A stretch of DNA of 32,144 nt from a virus (IMGVR_UViG_3300032218_001090:1-32144), one strand, 5' to 3'. Positions 16,046 through 25,641 are shown, counted from the first letter of the stretch. Numbers and translations are program-made. The notes: generated by a model from the sequence alone, not told the origin.

Positions 16046-16555
16046 TTATGCCGCCGCGATTCCATAAATGGTAAGAGTTGTTCCTGCTTTAATTTGATTT
16101 GTTCCATCTCGTGTAATGTCAATTCTATTTATTGCAGCAGTACTTCTCCATAAATTTACCCAAGCATCTGTCCCATCAATAGGATTGCTTCTTGTTAGAG
16201 CGGTTTTATATGTTGATGAATTTGAATAGTTATTTATGTTAGTTATGCTTGTACTTGGCACAGATGCAGAAGTTGCGTTTATTGAACCAAAAGTCATATA
16301 AGTATAACTTGTTAATCTTCCTGAAGTTACGGAAGCTCCGTCGCCACTTATATATGTGGTGCTGTAATTTGTAGAAGAATCGTTGTTAAAATAACAACGC
16401 AATCCGTTTGACCCTGTTCCAGTTTGTGTTGAATTTCCAATTACAACTAAAATTAAATCAGTATATGTAGAAGGAATTGATGAGAAAGTTACAGTTGTTT
16501 GATTGCTTCCAAGAGTTTGTGTCGCAATCGGCGTATAAGTTGATCCTGCTGCCAT
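16046..16555 (-). CDS. Tail-tip region beta-rich protein, paralog 2
   Basis: FSSIPSTYTDL...TAAINRI...IYGI. Confidence 0.65.
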   Translation of the reverse strand: MAAGSTYTPIATQTLGSNQTTVTFSSIPSTYTDLILVVIGNSTQTGTGSNGLRCYFNNDSSTNYSTTYISGDGASVTSGRLTSYTYMTFGSINATSASVPSTSITNINNYSNSSTYKTALTRSNPIDGTDAWVNLWRSTAAINRIDITRDGTNQIKAGTTLTIYGIAAA

Positions 16556-16564
16556 TGTCTGCCC

Positions 16565-17128
16565 CTAGCCTTTCACGCCGTATAGGGCGAATGATGAGTA
16601 TTGAGTCCATACCCCACCACCTGATGGTGTGATTGTGATTGAAGTGATTGCAGATGTATTCATCCATAAACCTGAATAAAACTGTATCTGAGAATAAGTT
16701 GAAGTATTATTTTCAAGACCAGTCAAAGTTCTAACTGTTTTATATTTATTAGTATTTTGATAATCCAAAATATCAGTGACACCAGCGCCAAATACATTTG
16801 TTGAAGTGTCGCAATATGGAGCGCCACGAAGGAATGTTTGACTTGTTGCATTGTATGAAGCAGCAGTAGAACCATTACCAACCAAAAGATGGAATGAATA
16901 GTTTGAGCCAGTGTCAGAGTTGAATGTGTATCTTGCATCTGATGGAGCAGTATCATCTCTACCAATTGCGCGCACTTGGAGGTGCTTATATGTTGATGGG
17001 ATTGATGTGAACGACACAGAAGATTGACCGCCTGAACCAACTGTGACAGTCTGAATGGAATCAAAAGAGGTCGGCGAAGCCAAATGCCCACTTATCTGCG
17101 AAGCCAAAATCCCTAGTATCGGAGTCAT
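16565..17128 (-). CDS. Tail-tip region beta-rich protein, paralog 1
   Basis: FTSIPSTYKHL...TSAITSI...LYGVK. Confidence 0.65.
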   Translation of the reverse strand: MTPILGILASQISGHLASPTSFDSIQTVTVGSGGQSSVSFTSIPSTYKHLQVRAIGRDDTAPSDARYTFNSDTGSNYSFHLLVGNGSTAASYNATSQTFLRGAPYCDTSTNVFGAGVTDILDYQNTNKYKTVRTLTGLENNTSTYSQIQFYSGLWMNTSAITSITITPSGGGVWTQYSSFALYGVKG

Positions 17129-17940
17129 TAGGCAAGGTCTCCCACGACATAGAATGTTGGAGTTGCGCCACCTGTTTGACAGATGATTGTGGCCGCCGAG
17201 TATTGCACTCGCAGCTTAGGAGCAGCCGATGTTGCACCTGTTGAGACTATGGTCGCACCACTTGCCGCAGCCAAGGTCACTTGACCTGCACCAGTTGCGA
17301 TGATGTTGATTTGTTCCCCTGCTGCATAGACCGAAATTGGCAGAGTCAATGTGATGCCAGCAGCATTGGATAAGGACACAAGTTTGCCGGAATCAGAAGC
17401 AACGAGTGTGTAACTTGTGCCTGTTTGTGCATTGAAAGCAAGGTTGATCAGTGGCGCTGTCAGAGTCTTGTTTGTCAGCGTTGTGGTGCTTGAGGCTGTC
17501 ACCGTAATGTCAGAAGTAAGAGCCAGCGTGCCAGTTGTCGTTGGCAAGGTCAAAGTTCCTGTGTTGGAAATGGTCGAAATAATAGGCGCAGTAAGAGTCT
17601 TATTCGTCAGAGTCTGAGCTGTGGTCTTATCGACTGTGGTTGCTGTGTCGATTGAGAGGGTTACTGATCCGCTAGTGCCTCCACCTGAGAGACCAGTACC
17701 TGCTGTGACTGCTGAAATATCTCCGGAAAAGTCAACCCATGTTGTGCCGTTGTAAATTTCAAGAACTTTGCTGTCGCTGCGATAGGAAATCATTCCTTCA
17801 GCAAGTACGCCTGACAAGGCAGTTGTTCGAGCTGCGGCAGTTGCAAAGACCATGACTGTCTGTTGCATCAAATATGTTGCAACATTGTTTGCGGTCAATA
17901 CTTCGCCCGTTGAAAATAATTTATATCCTGCGCCAGCCAT
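17128..17940 (-). CDS. Tail fibre/minor tail protein
   Basis: Thr/Gly-rich; YNGTTW; VTAGTGLSGGG; two TLTNKTLTAP repeats. Confidence 0.7.
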   Translation of the reverse strand: MAGAGYKLFSTGEVLTANNVATYLMQQTVMVFATAAARTTALSGVLAEGMISYRSDSKVLEIYNGTTWVDFSGDISAVTAGTGLSGGGTSGSVTLSIDTATTVDKTTAQTLTNKTLTAPIISTISNTGTLTLPTTTGTLALTSDITVTASSTTTLTNKTLTAPLINLAFNAQTGTSYTLVASDSGKLVSLSNAAGITLTLPISVYAAGEQINIIATGAGQVTLAAASGATIVSTGATSAAPKLRVQYSAATIICQTGGATPTFYVVGDLA

Positions 17941-17954
17941 TGTGTCTCCTTTAC

Positions 17955-19223
17955 CTAGTAACTCAAAAGTCCAGCAGATGAATCAAGAACTCCTGTTGTC
18001 GTGCTATTAAGAACAAATCCTGCAATTTGTGGCTCGTTGGTGAGCAACTTCGCCACAAAACTCTTTTTTGTGATGTCGTACTGAACACCTTGAACAAGCA
18101 AGTCTTTGGTGATGCTTGTGCTTCCTGACATCGTTTTGGTGACGCGGATTGCGTCAAAAATGTCTGCATCTAACCCCGCAGCCACACGAGTAGGGGAAGT
18201 AGAATCAAAAAGATTGAGCATCAGTGCTGAGATACGAACTGAAACATCTTTGCGAGTAGCAAGTGCCATTTGTGCTTGATTAAGTGCCTCTGTATCAGTT
18301 TGAACAAGGATGTCTTGTCTGATGCCTGAGTGGACGAAGTAGGTGTTTTGAGAAGTAGTATCTTGAACTCGCTGCGCACTGCCGCCAAGCCTTTGAACGG
18401 TGATGTCATTTAGAATCAAAGTGTCATCTTGAGCAACTTCAACGCCTTGATAGTCAATGCCTGTGCCTGTATCAGTAAAGACCACAGGTGAACCACCAGG
18501 CTTTTTTGCCATCGTATCTCGTGAATAGAAGACAGCGTTTCCGGCGCTATCAATGAAGAAGCCGCCGTTCTCACTCTTATCAGCTACCAATTGCAAAGCA
18601 TCGAGCATATTGCGATTAGAAGTGCCAGGGTCATTTTGCAGAGTTGATGAACCTGCATCGATGGATCGAGCAGCCGTTGGCCATGACGCTGTGTCCAACA
18701 ATTGACTGATGCGAGTGCCTGACAAATCCCCTGTTGCAGCGCCTGTCACCGTTGTGAAAGCGACATTGTTGAGCAAGCGGAATGCATCTACGCATTGAAG
18801 AGTTACTGTATTGACGCTGTTGATGCCGACAGCGAAGTTTGTCAGATATGCCTGAATAAAGCCGTAGAAGAGTGGGTATCGAGTGCCGTTGAAATCTGCA
18901 AAGATTTGAATCTTGCGGAGCGGTGTGAGCTGTAAATAATAGGGCGATGAACTGTTGCTCGGATTGAAATATCCCTGATCATCTTGCAAAACAACCGTTG
19001 CTGTTCCTGCTTCGAACTTGTCAAGAATACGGTTGCGACCACGACGGATTGCGACTTGCAGAGTAATTGCCGAGACATCAACGCGGTCATCGGCATCGGC
19101 GAGTTGGCCTGTGCCGAGGATTCCTTTTGTTGCGCTATCTAGCGTGAAGGCAGTGGTGATGAATTGAGCACCGTTGGTGAAGTCAATGCTCACGCCAAGC
19201 TGAGGAAATCCAGCCAACGCCAC
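17955..19223 (-). CDS. Minor tail (hub/baseplate-like) protein
   Basis: Directly follows the tape measure; IRRGR...FEAGTATVVL motif. Confidence 0.7.
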   Translation of the reverse strand: MALAGFPQLGVSIDFTNGAQFITTAFTLDSATKGILGTGQLADADDRVDVSAITLQVAIRRGRNRILDKFEAGTATVVLQDDQGYFNPSNSSSPYYLQLTPLRKIQIFADFNGTRYPLFYGFIQAYLTNFAVGINSVNTVTLQCVDAFRLLNNVAFTTVTGAATGDLSGTRISQLLDTASWPTAARSIDAGSSTLQNDPGTSNRNMLDALQLVADKSENGGFFIDSAGNAVFYSRDTMAKKPGGSPVVFTDTGTGIDYQGVEVAQDDTLILNDITVQRLGGSAQRVQDTTSQNTYFVHSGIRQDILVQTDTEALNQAQMALATRKDVSVRISALMLNLFDSTSPTRVAAGLDADIFDAIRVTKTMSGSTSITKDLLVQGVQYDITKKSFVAKLLTNEPQIAGFVLNSTTTGVLDSSAGLLSY

Positions 19224-21365
19224 TTAGAAAACCGACCCGTTAAATGTCACAGCCTTGCCTGAAAGTTGACCTTGTTGCAATCCCTGTGTGATTGATGTGA
19301 CGAGGTCTGAATTGGAAATAACAGAGCCAGCATTGTTGACGATGACTGTGATGCCGCCCCCACCTGCTGAACTTGAACTTTGCGCACCTGGATAGCCACT
19401 GAAAGGTGTGAAGTTAGGGACAGGCGAGCCAATTATGTTGCCGCCAATATCTTTCTTTGGACTGTTAAGACCCAAAGATGACAAGAAGTTATCGGCTGCG
19501 GTAGATGCTTCACTGGCTGCTGCAACTGCCGCGTCTGCGGCTGATGCGGCGTCCAAGGCATCTTGCACTGCCTGATCGATGCTCTTGAGAGTGTCAGTGA
19601 CTGCTTGAGTTGATCCGTAACCTTGCGAAGAGGGCGCACCTGTTTGACCTTGTGGTGCGAGTGCGCCTGGATTGGCAAGAGTTGGAATTGTCTTGAGCGT
19701 GGAGATGTAGGCATCCAAATCGCTCAAAGCATTCTGCCAACCCATCGCTGTGATTGCACCAGGGTTTGTCAGATTCTTCGAATAGGTATCAGCGCCGATG
19801 ATTTGCGCAATATAGGCAATGACTTCGGCCTGAGATTCTTTCCACTTGACTGAAAGCATTCCGATTTCAGCAACTGAAATATCCTTGTCGGCAATAACAC
19901 CAAGAATGTCTGCATACTTTTGAGCAGCGATATTGCCTGACATCTGCGCTTCGTAGTTTGCAATGAGTCGGGCATAGGTGTTGTCAAGTTCAATGTTGTG
20001 CTGCTTGAGTATGTTCAAGCGCACTGCTTCAAGTTCAATTGGGTTTGTCTCAGTTGTAGCAACAACACCCTTATCGGCCAACTGCTTGTTGACTGCAACG
20101 AGTTGAGCTGCAACTTTTGCTGCTTTGATTTGCTCGGCTGTAAGTTTTCCAGTCGCTGCTGTTGTGCCACCAAGACCCTTGAGGTAACTGGCTGTTGTTA
20201 AACCTAAACCCTTGAAATCAAACTTGAGTTTGCCAACTTTGTCAGTTGCTTTTTCCGCATTTTTGTCAAACTTATCAATTCCAATTGTGATTGCGCCAAG
20301 AGCTACAGCAAAAGCGGCTGCTCCTGCTGCTGCGGAAATTCCACCTGTAGCCAGTGCTTCTGCCGCTGCAGTACCAAGAGAAACTGTGCGGAGAGCCTTC
20401 ATCACCTTAATGATTGCCATGATTGCAGTGATTATTCCTTGAACCGCTCCGGCAACTTTTGCTCCAAAGAGGGCTGCTGCAATTACTGCGCCAAGGACTT
20501 CAAAAGTCTTGATATTGCGAGAGACGAAGCTGAATGTGTCATAAATCGTCTGAGCAAACGCGATGCCATATGAGATAGCAGTGATGAAAAATGCAGCAAT
20601 TTTGTCGCCATTCTCATTCAACCACTTCTCAATCTGTGGCAAGAACTTGGTGAACTTCTCAAGGAATGGTTGCACAGCCAAGATGATGGCGTTGCCGATG
20701 GTCTTCTTAACATCTTCAAAGGCGAGGCCAATGCGACCAATCTTACCTGCGAATGTATCTGCGGCGGCTGCTGCCGATCCCTTTGTGGCGTTCGCCAATT
20801 CCTTGACGATGCCAACGAAATTCTTGCTCTTGATAAGAGTCTCGGTAAGAGGAATTCCAAGACGCTTGAGTGCATTGAAGTTTCCTGCGTAAGCCTTAGC
20901 AAGTGCAACTGACACTTCTGTGAGGTCTTTTCCTCGGTTTGCAGAGATGTCCAATGCGACTTGCTGTAAGCCCTCAGCCTTGGTGATGTCATGTGTGGCG
21001 ATGACGAGTGCTTGAAGGCTTGGGCGAAGGAGGGCATCCTGCACATTGAGGCGAAGCATGGTCTGCTTGATGTAAGCATCTACTGCATCGATTTGGTCAT
21101 GGGTTGCGCCAGTGACATTTTTCAATGTATTTGCGAGGATAGCAATCGACTCTTGCTCGGCCATAGCAGCTCGAACTGAGTCAACGCCCATCTTGATGGC
21201 AAACGCTGCTGATGCCGCTGCTGCGATTGCAAATGACTTGGCAACCTTGCTTCCAAACTCATGGAAATCTTTTGCTAGTTTGTTGGCATCCTTGGCTGCT
21301 GCCTTTGAACCTTTGTCAGAGTATTCGGTAATGATTCGAGCAATGATTGCGCCTTTTGCGGCCAT
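19224..21365 (-). CDS. Tape measure protein
   Basis: Long Ala-rich helical protein in the tail module with a GGITVIVN C-terminus. Confidence 0.85.
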   Translation of the reverse strand: MAAKGAIIARIITEYSDKGSKAAAKDANKLAKDFHEFGSKVAKSFAIAAAASAAFAIKMGVDSVRAAMAEQESIAILANTLKNVTGATHDQIDAVDAYIKQTMLRLNVQDALLRPSLQALVIATHDITKAEGLQQVALDISANRGKDLTEVSVALAKAYAGNFNALKRLGIPLTETLIKSKNFVGIVKELANATKGSAAAAADTFAGKIGRIGLAFEDVKKTIGNAIILAVQPFLEKFTKFLPQIEKWLNENGDKIAAFFITAISYGIAFAQTIYDTFSFVSRNIKTFEVLGAVIAAALFGAKVAGAVQGIITAIMAIIKVMKALRTVSLGTAAAEALATGGISAAAGAAAFAVALGAITIGIDKFDKNAEKATDKVGKLKFDFKGLGLTTASYLKGLGGTTAATGKLTAEQIKAAKVAAQLVAVNKQLADKGVVATTETNPIELEAVRLNILKQHNIELDNTYARLIANYEAQMSGNIAAQKYADILGVIADKDISVAEIGMLSVKWKESQAEVIAYIAQIIGADTYSKNLTNPGAITAMGWQNALSDLDAYISTLKTIPTLANPGALAPQGQTGAPSSQGYGSTQAVTDTLKSIDQAVQDALDAASAADAAVAAASEASTAADNFLSSLGLNSPKKDIGGNIIGSPVPNFTPFSGYPGAQSSSSAGGGGITVIVNNAGSVISNSDLVTSITQGLQQGQLSGKAVTFNGSVF

Positions 21366-21383
21366 TATTTCCTCGCTTCCCGA

Positions 21384-21986
21384 TTACTTTGTATGTTGTT
21401 TTTCAAGCTCTTTTTGAAGAGTTGCTTTTGCAATTTCGTAGGCTTGCTCAACATTCTTTTCAATCTTGGCTTTGTCTCGATCAACAATGCGCCAAATTAA
21501 GCGCGAGGCTTTTTCATATCGATTTGAAAGTGTGCGCTTGAACTGCTCACCACTTCCTGCATCTGTGCTGACTGTTGATTTTCCCTTTTTTCGACCAGCA
21601 AGTTCAAAGATTTTGCCGGCTGCACTCTCATTGATGAGAGCACCTGCGCTGGTCGTGTAATTGCCGCGAACCTTGCCTTTGGCTTTTGATGAGGAAATGC
21701 CAGCAACAACTTCGCCAACATCCCACGCAGGGAAACCTTTGTCGTTTTTGTTGCCTTTGCGCCTTCTTGGATTCTTGGATGGTGTGGTTCTCCAACCACT
21801 CATGGGAGCACCACCACCAGCACCATGAACCGATGCTGCAATTGCAATTTGCTTGGCATCATTTTCTGCTTGACGCAGCTCTGTATTGAGAACTTTTCTG
21901 AACTGACTTACTGCCTTTTTGTCGAACTCTTTGAGAGCGGTGATGGTCTCTTTGACACCAACAAGGATGACTGCATTCTGTGCCAT
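21384..21986 (-). CDS. Neck/tail-completion-like basic protein (HK97 gp10-like position)
   Basis: Start moved to ATG 21986 after GGGAG; basic, helical. Confidence 0.55.
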   Translation of the reverse strand: MAQNAVILVGVKETITALKEFDKKAVSQFRKVLNTELRQAENDAKQIAIAASVHGAGGGAPMSGWRTTPSKNPRRRKGNKNDKGFPAWDVGEVVAGISSSKAKGKVRGNYTTSAGALINESAAGKIFELAGRKKGKSTVSTDAGSGEQFKRTLSNRYEKASRLIWRIVDRDKAKIEKNVEQAYEIAKATLQKELEKQHTK

Positions 21987-21990
21987 GTCA

Positions 21991-22146
21991 TCACTCCCGA
22001 CTTTTGTTCTTTTGCTGCATATAAATGACGATGGATTCGAGCACCCCTGGCGGTGCATCGAGTAATCCAGTGGGTGAAATCCCTGTTTCAACCGAGAGAG
22101 CCGCTATGGAATAAGTCAGGCTGTCTCGGTGGATGCGAAAGATTCG
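21991..22146 (-). CDS. -1 frameshift extension of tail assembly chaperone (GT)
   Basis: Hand-translated FRIHRDSLTYSIAALSVETGISPTGLLDAPPGVLESIVIYMQQKNKSRE*; overlaps the end of G and fills the gap. Confidence 0.7.
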   Translation of the reverse strand, partial: RIFRIHRDSLTYSIAALSVETGISPTGLLDAPPGVLESIVIYMQQKNKSRE

Positions 22147-22394
22147 TCAGAAATCAATTCCACGCTTTTAACTCCATCAAGGAATTCAGCGCCAAAAGGC
22201 TTCACGACTTGTCCGTTGCATTTCAACGCTTCATGCCCTAACCAATAGATGTGTTCAAGGCGCTGTTGATCCCCAAGCAGTTTTGCAAATCCTGCCCCGA
22301 ACTTTTGCTCGAAGGCAACGATGATTCTTGGTCGCAGTGGATAAGTGAATTCTGATCCATCTGCAAGAACGATTTTGACTGATAAGCCGTCCAT
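22116..22394 (-). CDS. Tail assembly chaperone (G)
   Basis: Follows the tail-tube genes; has an overlapping -1 ORF. Confidence 0.75.
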   Translation of the reverse strand: MDGLSVKIVLADGSEFTYPLRPRIIVAFEQKFGAGFAKLLGDQQRLEHIYWLGHEALKCNGQVVKPFGAEFLDGVKSVELISDESFASTETA

Positions 22395-22422
22395 GTTTTT
22401 CCCCTTTGTTTGTTGTTATGGA

Positions 22423-22830
22423 TTAAGCAGTTGCTTTTGTAATTGCACCCGATACAGGCCATGTCACAGAAGCTGTCGCAAGCTGGCCGATGCCACCCTT
22501 GAGAGGTGTCCATTCAGAGACAAGAGCTGAAACGGTATAGCTTGGATTTGTAGTTGTGACAGTTGTGGCAACAGGCTTGATGACGATTGATGCTGCTGTG
22601 CCAAGTAGCGGATAAATTGTTGTTTCAACTGATGATGAAGCGAAGTCTTGGAAGAAGTCGATGCTCACAGAATTATCTGCAAGACCAGCGACTCTCTTCT
22701 TTGCGGTGTCGCCAAAACTTGTTGTCTCAACAATGTCATATTTTGTATCGATTGTGACCTGCGAGATATGGTCAGACAAGTCTGTGCCAGAGATTGTGAT
22801 GGAAGGGTTTGTGAGAACGATTTTTGCCAT
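22423..22830 (-). CDS. Major tail (tube) protein, copy B
   Basis: ETTSFG...GLADNSV..DFFQD...TNPSYT...SVTWP; upstream of the chaperone. Confidence 0.8.
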   Translation of the reverse strand: MAKIVLTNPSITISGTDLSDHISQVTIDTKYDIVETTSFGDTAKKRVAGLADNSVSIDFFQDFASSSVETTIYPLLGTAASIVIKPVATTVTTTNPSYTVSALVSEWTPLKGGIGQLATASVTWPVSGAITKATA

Positions 22831-22831
22831 G

Positions 22832-23239
22832 TTATGAGGTCGCCTTTGTGATTGATCCTGTGATTGGCCATGTGACGGATGCTGTTGCTAGTTGTCCGAT
22901 GCCACCCTTGAGAGGTGTCCATTCAGAGACAAGAGCTGTGAATGTGTATGTTGGATTCGTTGTGCTGACAGCCGTTGATGCTGGCTGAACCACAATCGTT
23001 GTTGTTGATCCAATAAGAGGGAAGATTGTTGCTTCAACATTTGCTGCTGCGTAATCCTGGAAGAAATCAAGCATTACAGAATTGTCTGCAAGTCCAGGAA
23101 GACGAGTCTTTGAACTTGAACCAAATGATGTTGTTTCAAGGATGTCGTACTTTGTATCGATTGTAACGCTTGAAATTGATGAGGAAAGCACCACCGAGTT
23201 GATGGTCACTTTCGCATCGGTTAGAACTATCTTAGCCAT
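22832..23239 (-). CDS. Major tail (tube) protein, copy A
   Basis: Same length as copy B; 91/135 identical by ungapped hand count. Confidence 0.8.
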   Translation of the reverse strand: MAKIVLTDAKVTINSVVLSSSISSVTIDTKYDILETTSFGSSSKTRLPGLADNSVMLDFFQDYAAANVEATIFPLIGSTTTIVVQPASTAVSTTNPTYTFTALVSEWTPLKGGIGQLATASVTWPITGSITKATS

Positions 23240-23414
23240 TTGATTCTCCTTCTAGGGCTGATGGTGCTGACTTTGTTGTGGTCTCATCTTTGATGTGACC
23301 TGCTGAAATAAGTGCGTCGATGTTCGCTCCCATTTCAAGCAATTCTTTTTCAGTAATGGAATCGCCCAATGACTTTTCACAGTCCAGGTATTCCGATGTG
23401 ATTTTGTATGCCAT
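23232..23414 (-). CDS. Small hypothetical protein (neck region)
   Basis: AGGAG RBS; overlaps the tube gene start. Confidence 0.65.
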   Translation of the reverse strand: MAYKITSEYLDCEKSLGDSITEKELLEMGANIDALISAGHIKDETTTKSAPSALEGESNG

Positions 23415-23424
23415 TTGGCGTCTC

Positions 23425-23886
23425 CTATGACTGTGCTTGGTAGGTGATGGTGAAAGTGATGACTACTGCTGAACCCATTGAGGTCTGCATATACCCCACC
23501 TGACCTGCTTCTAAGTGGGAATAGAAACAAGTTCCTGTGAAGGTCGGGTCTGCTCGAATAACTGTGTCGATCTTGGAAAGAACAGAGAAAGCGCGGATTC
23601 TTTTTGCTGTGAGGTTTGTGCCGCCATCTTGAGTCCAAAGAGCACAACTGATTGAGCCATCTTCCTGATGTTGATCCGTAAAGCTCAAAGGTGTGTTGTT
23701 GATTGAGCCAGCTTGCATCTCGCTATCGCCAAAAGAACCGTCATGGCCGATGGCAATTGCATCAGATGGAAAAGATTCATCAACTTCAGCACCGTCAAAG
23801 ACTCGAATGCCTGTCAATGTTGCTGCTGCTCCAAGGGCTGCGATGATTTTGTCAATCATCGTCGGAAATGCGACAGAGACAGTCAT
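23425..23886 (-). CDS. Probable tail terminator
   Basis: Size, acidity and position; ADPTFTG motif. Confidence 0.6.
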   Translation of the reverse strand: MTVSVAFPTMIDKIIAALGAAATLTGIRVFDGAEVDESFPSDAIAIGHDGSFGDSEMQAGSINNTPLSFTDQHQEDGSISCALWTQDGGTNLTAKRIRAFSVLSKIDTVIRADPTFTGTCFYSHLEAGQVGYMQTSMGSAVVITFTITYQAQS

Positions 23887-23889
23887 CGC

Positions 23890-24735
23890 TTATGCCATAC
23901 CAGGAAGTGAGACAGGGTCAAGAAGCTCCATCGCTCTGCGAGGAAGGGAATATGTTGGGGTTGTGTAGGTTTCATCCCCGGCAATGTTGCGACCCATGAC
24001 GCTCATTGAGCCTCGCTGTGTCTGCCAAAGATGACGAATTACTTCAAGAACACCTTGCTTGGCTGCTGCTGGTGGATTGGCATATCCGGCAACATAAGTG
24101 ACCGAGATGTTATTCATGCCGCCTGACCAGTATCCATAAGAATTTGTGGCATAAAGCGTTCCTGAGCCGACTCGATAAAGGCGTTGACCTGTGGGATCGA
24201 GTGCATATTGACCTGAATTAAGTAAGGCACTGTTTTCATAGACAGAAGTGATTGAAATTGCTTTTGGATTTTGAAGGCGAATAAATTCTGAGTTTCCGTC
24301 ATAAAGTTCATTGGTATATGTGCGACGACCTAAGACAACGCCCACATATTGCTCGCAAAGGTCGGCGGCGGCGTCAACGATACGAAGTAGCTCGTCGTCT
24401 TGGCTCAGGTCTGTTGCGGGGATATTGAGGTGATATTTGGCATCATCTAGGGAAACAATCCCGATGTCATTGATGTCGCGAACTTCAAAGACATCGTTGT
24501 AAGCCTGTGGCCATGAACCTGTGGCAATCCATGCAAATACATGGCGACCAACCTTGGTTGGTACATAAGTTGTTGTGTATGAGCCTGTTGTTGCTGTGGC
24601 TGTTGTTAAAGATGAGGAAGTACCGTCAGGAAGAGTGACAGTGGCAGTGACTGTGCCTGGATTTACTGCTGCACCTGACGAATCAACGGTTGACCAAGAC
24701 AGATAAACTTTGTCTCCGAGATCGTATGTTGCCAT
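23890..24735 (-). CDS. Head-tail adaptor (gp6-like) with N-terminal Ig-like domain
   Basis: VSLDDAKYHL...DDELL..AAADLCEQY; VTYVAGY..P..AKQGVL; Thr-rich beta N-terminus. Confidence 0.75.
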   Translation of the reverse strand: MATYDLGDKVYLSWSTVDSSGAAVNPGTVTATVTLPDGTSSSLTTATATTGSYTTTYVPTKVGRHVFAWIATGSWPQAYNDVFEVRDINDIGIVSLDDAKYHLNIPATDLSQDDELLRIVDAAADLCEQYVGVVLGRRTYTNELYDGNSEFIRLQNPKAISITSVYENSALLNSGQYALDPTGQRLYRVGSGTLYATNSYGYWSGGMNNISVTYVAGYANPPAAAKQGVLEVIRHLWQTQRGSMSVMGRNIAGDETYTTPTYSLPRRAMELLDPVSLPGMA

Positions 24736-24755
24736 CGTTACTCCTTAGAAATAGG

Positions 24756-24796
24756 GCATGAGGTTGGTTTGCCAGGGGTACGAACCAACCTCATGC
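24756..24796. terminator. Strong hairpin over the glycosyltransferase stop
   Basis: 14-bp perfect IR 24756-24769/24783-24796; no clear U-tract. Confidence 0.5.
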
Positions 24797-25498
24797 TTTG
24801 TAATGCTGAATTGCTGCCTCACGCAATGGAGCGTGATGGCGTTCATCAAGCCAAAATTGCTTTTGATGAGGCAAAATTGCACCTGTGTGAGCATGGATTT
24901 TGTAACCCATAGACTTCAAACGCTTTGAAAAAAGCAAATCCTCGCCAAAATATGTGCCTTCAATAGCTCCTTCAACAAACCAAGCCCAATCTCGACCTTG
25001 ATTCGGTGTCGCTTGCTCTCGCATGGTCTCCAAGACACTGCGATGGATAAGCAAGCACCCTGTTCCTGTTGCATCGACTTCCATGAGGGTGTCGATTGGA
25101 TAATCGTCAATCGGTTGCAAACCTTTGTCGGTTGTCATTCGATAAATCGTTGGGACTGCTCGCAAGTTGTCTTGATTATCAAAGAAAGCTGCGAAAACTA
25201 GCCCTGAAACAATCGGGCGGTCTTTGTCGTGAGCTGCGTCAACCAATTTGAAGAAAGTTTCCATTGGAAGGCGCTCATCTGAGTCAATCATTAAGAGCCA
25301 AGGCGTTGTCACTTCGTCAAGGAAGTTCTTTACCACGACATTTCGTGATCGAGTTGTCAGTCCGACATTGGCAACCTGCACCATTTGGTCAAGTTTTTGT
25401 GTCTTATGTCGAGCAATATGAATCAAATCAATGGCAAGTTGACCGTTTATTTTGCCATCTGTAACCATTCCAATGCAGATTTTGTCCGATAATTTCAT
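24791..25498 (-). CDS. Glycosyltransferase-like protein (GT-A fold)
   Basis: SRNVVV..FL, WLLMIDSD, ATGTGCLLIHRSV, GEDLLF. Confidence 0.75.
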   Translation of the reverse strand: MKLSDKICIGMVTDGKINGQLAIDLIHIARHKTQKLDQMVQVANVGLTTRSRNVVVKNFLDEVTTPWLLMIDSDERLPMETFFKLVDAAHDKDRPIVSGLVFAAFFDNQDNLRAVPTIYRMTTDKGLQPIDDYPIDTLMEVDATGTGCLLIHRSVLETMREQATPNQGRDWAWFVEGAIEGTYFGEDLLFSKRLKSMGYKIHAHTGAILPHQKQFWLDERHHAPLREAAIQHYKA

Positions 25499-25641
25499 CG
25501 TGTCTCTGCATTTGGTCTGATTGCTGCCGTCTCAATTACATCATTTTCATGTTCTGCGATAAGTGCATCAAGTTTGGAAGTATCACCAACGACAAGAGCT
25601 TTGGCTGCTTTCAAACCTTCAAGAAAAAATGAATTCGTCAT
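25495..25641 (-). CDS. 48-aa hypothetical protein (not in ORF track)
   Basis: MTNSFFLEGLKAAKALVVGDTSKLDALIAEHENDVIETAAIRPNAETR; GGGGG RBS; ATGA overlap with the GT. Confidence 0.7.
   Translation of the reverse strand: MTNSFFLEGLKAAKALVVGDTSKLDALIAEHENDVIETAAIRPNAETR

Noticed and set aside
15521-17128. Diversity-generating retroelement target
   Set aside because: No reverse transcriptase in the window and no near-identical TR/VR pair seen.
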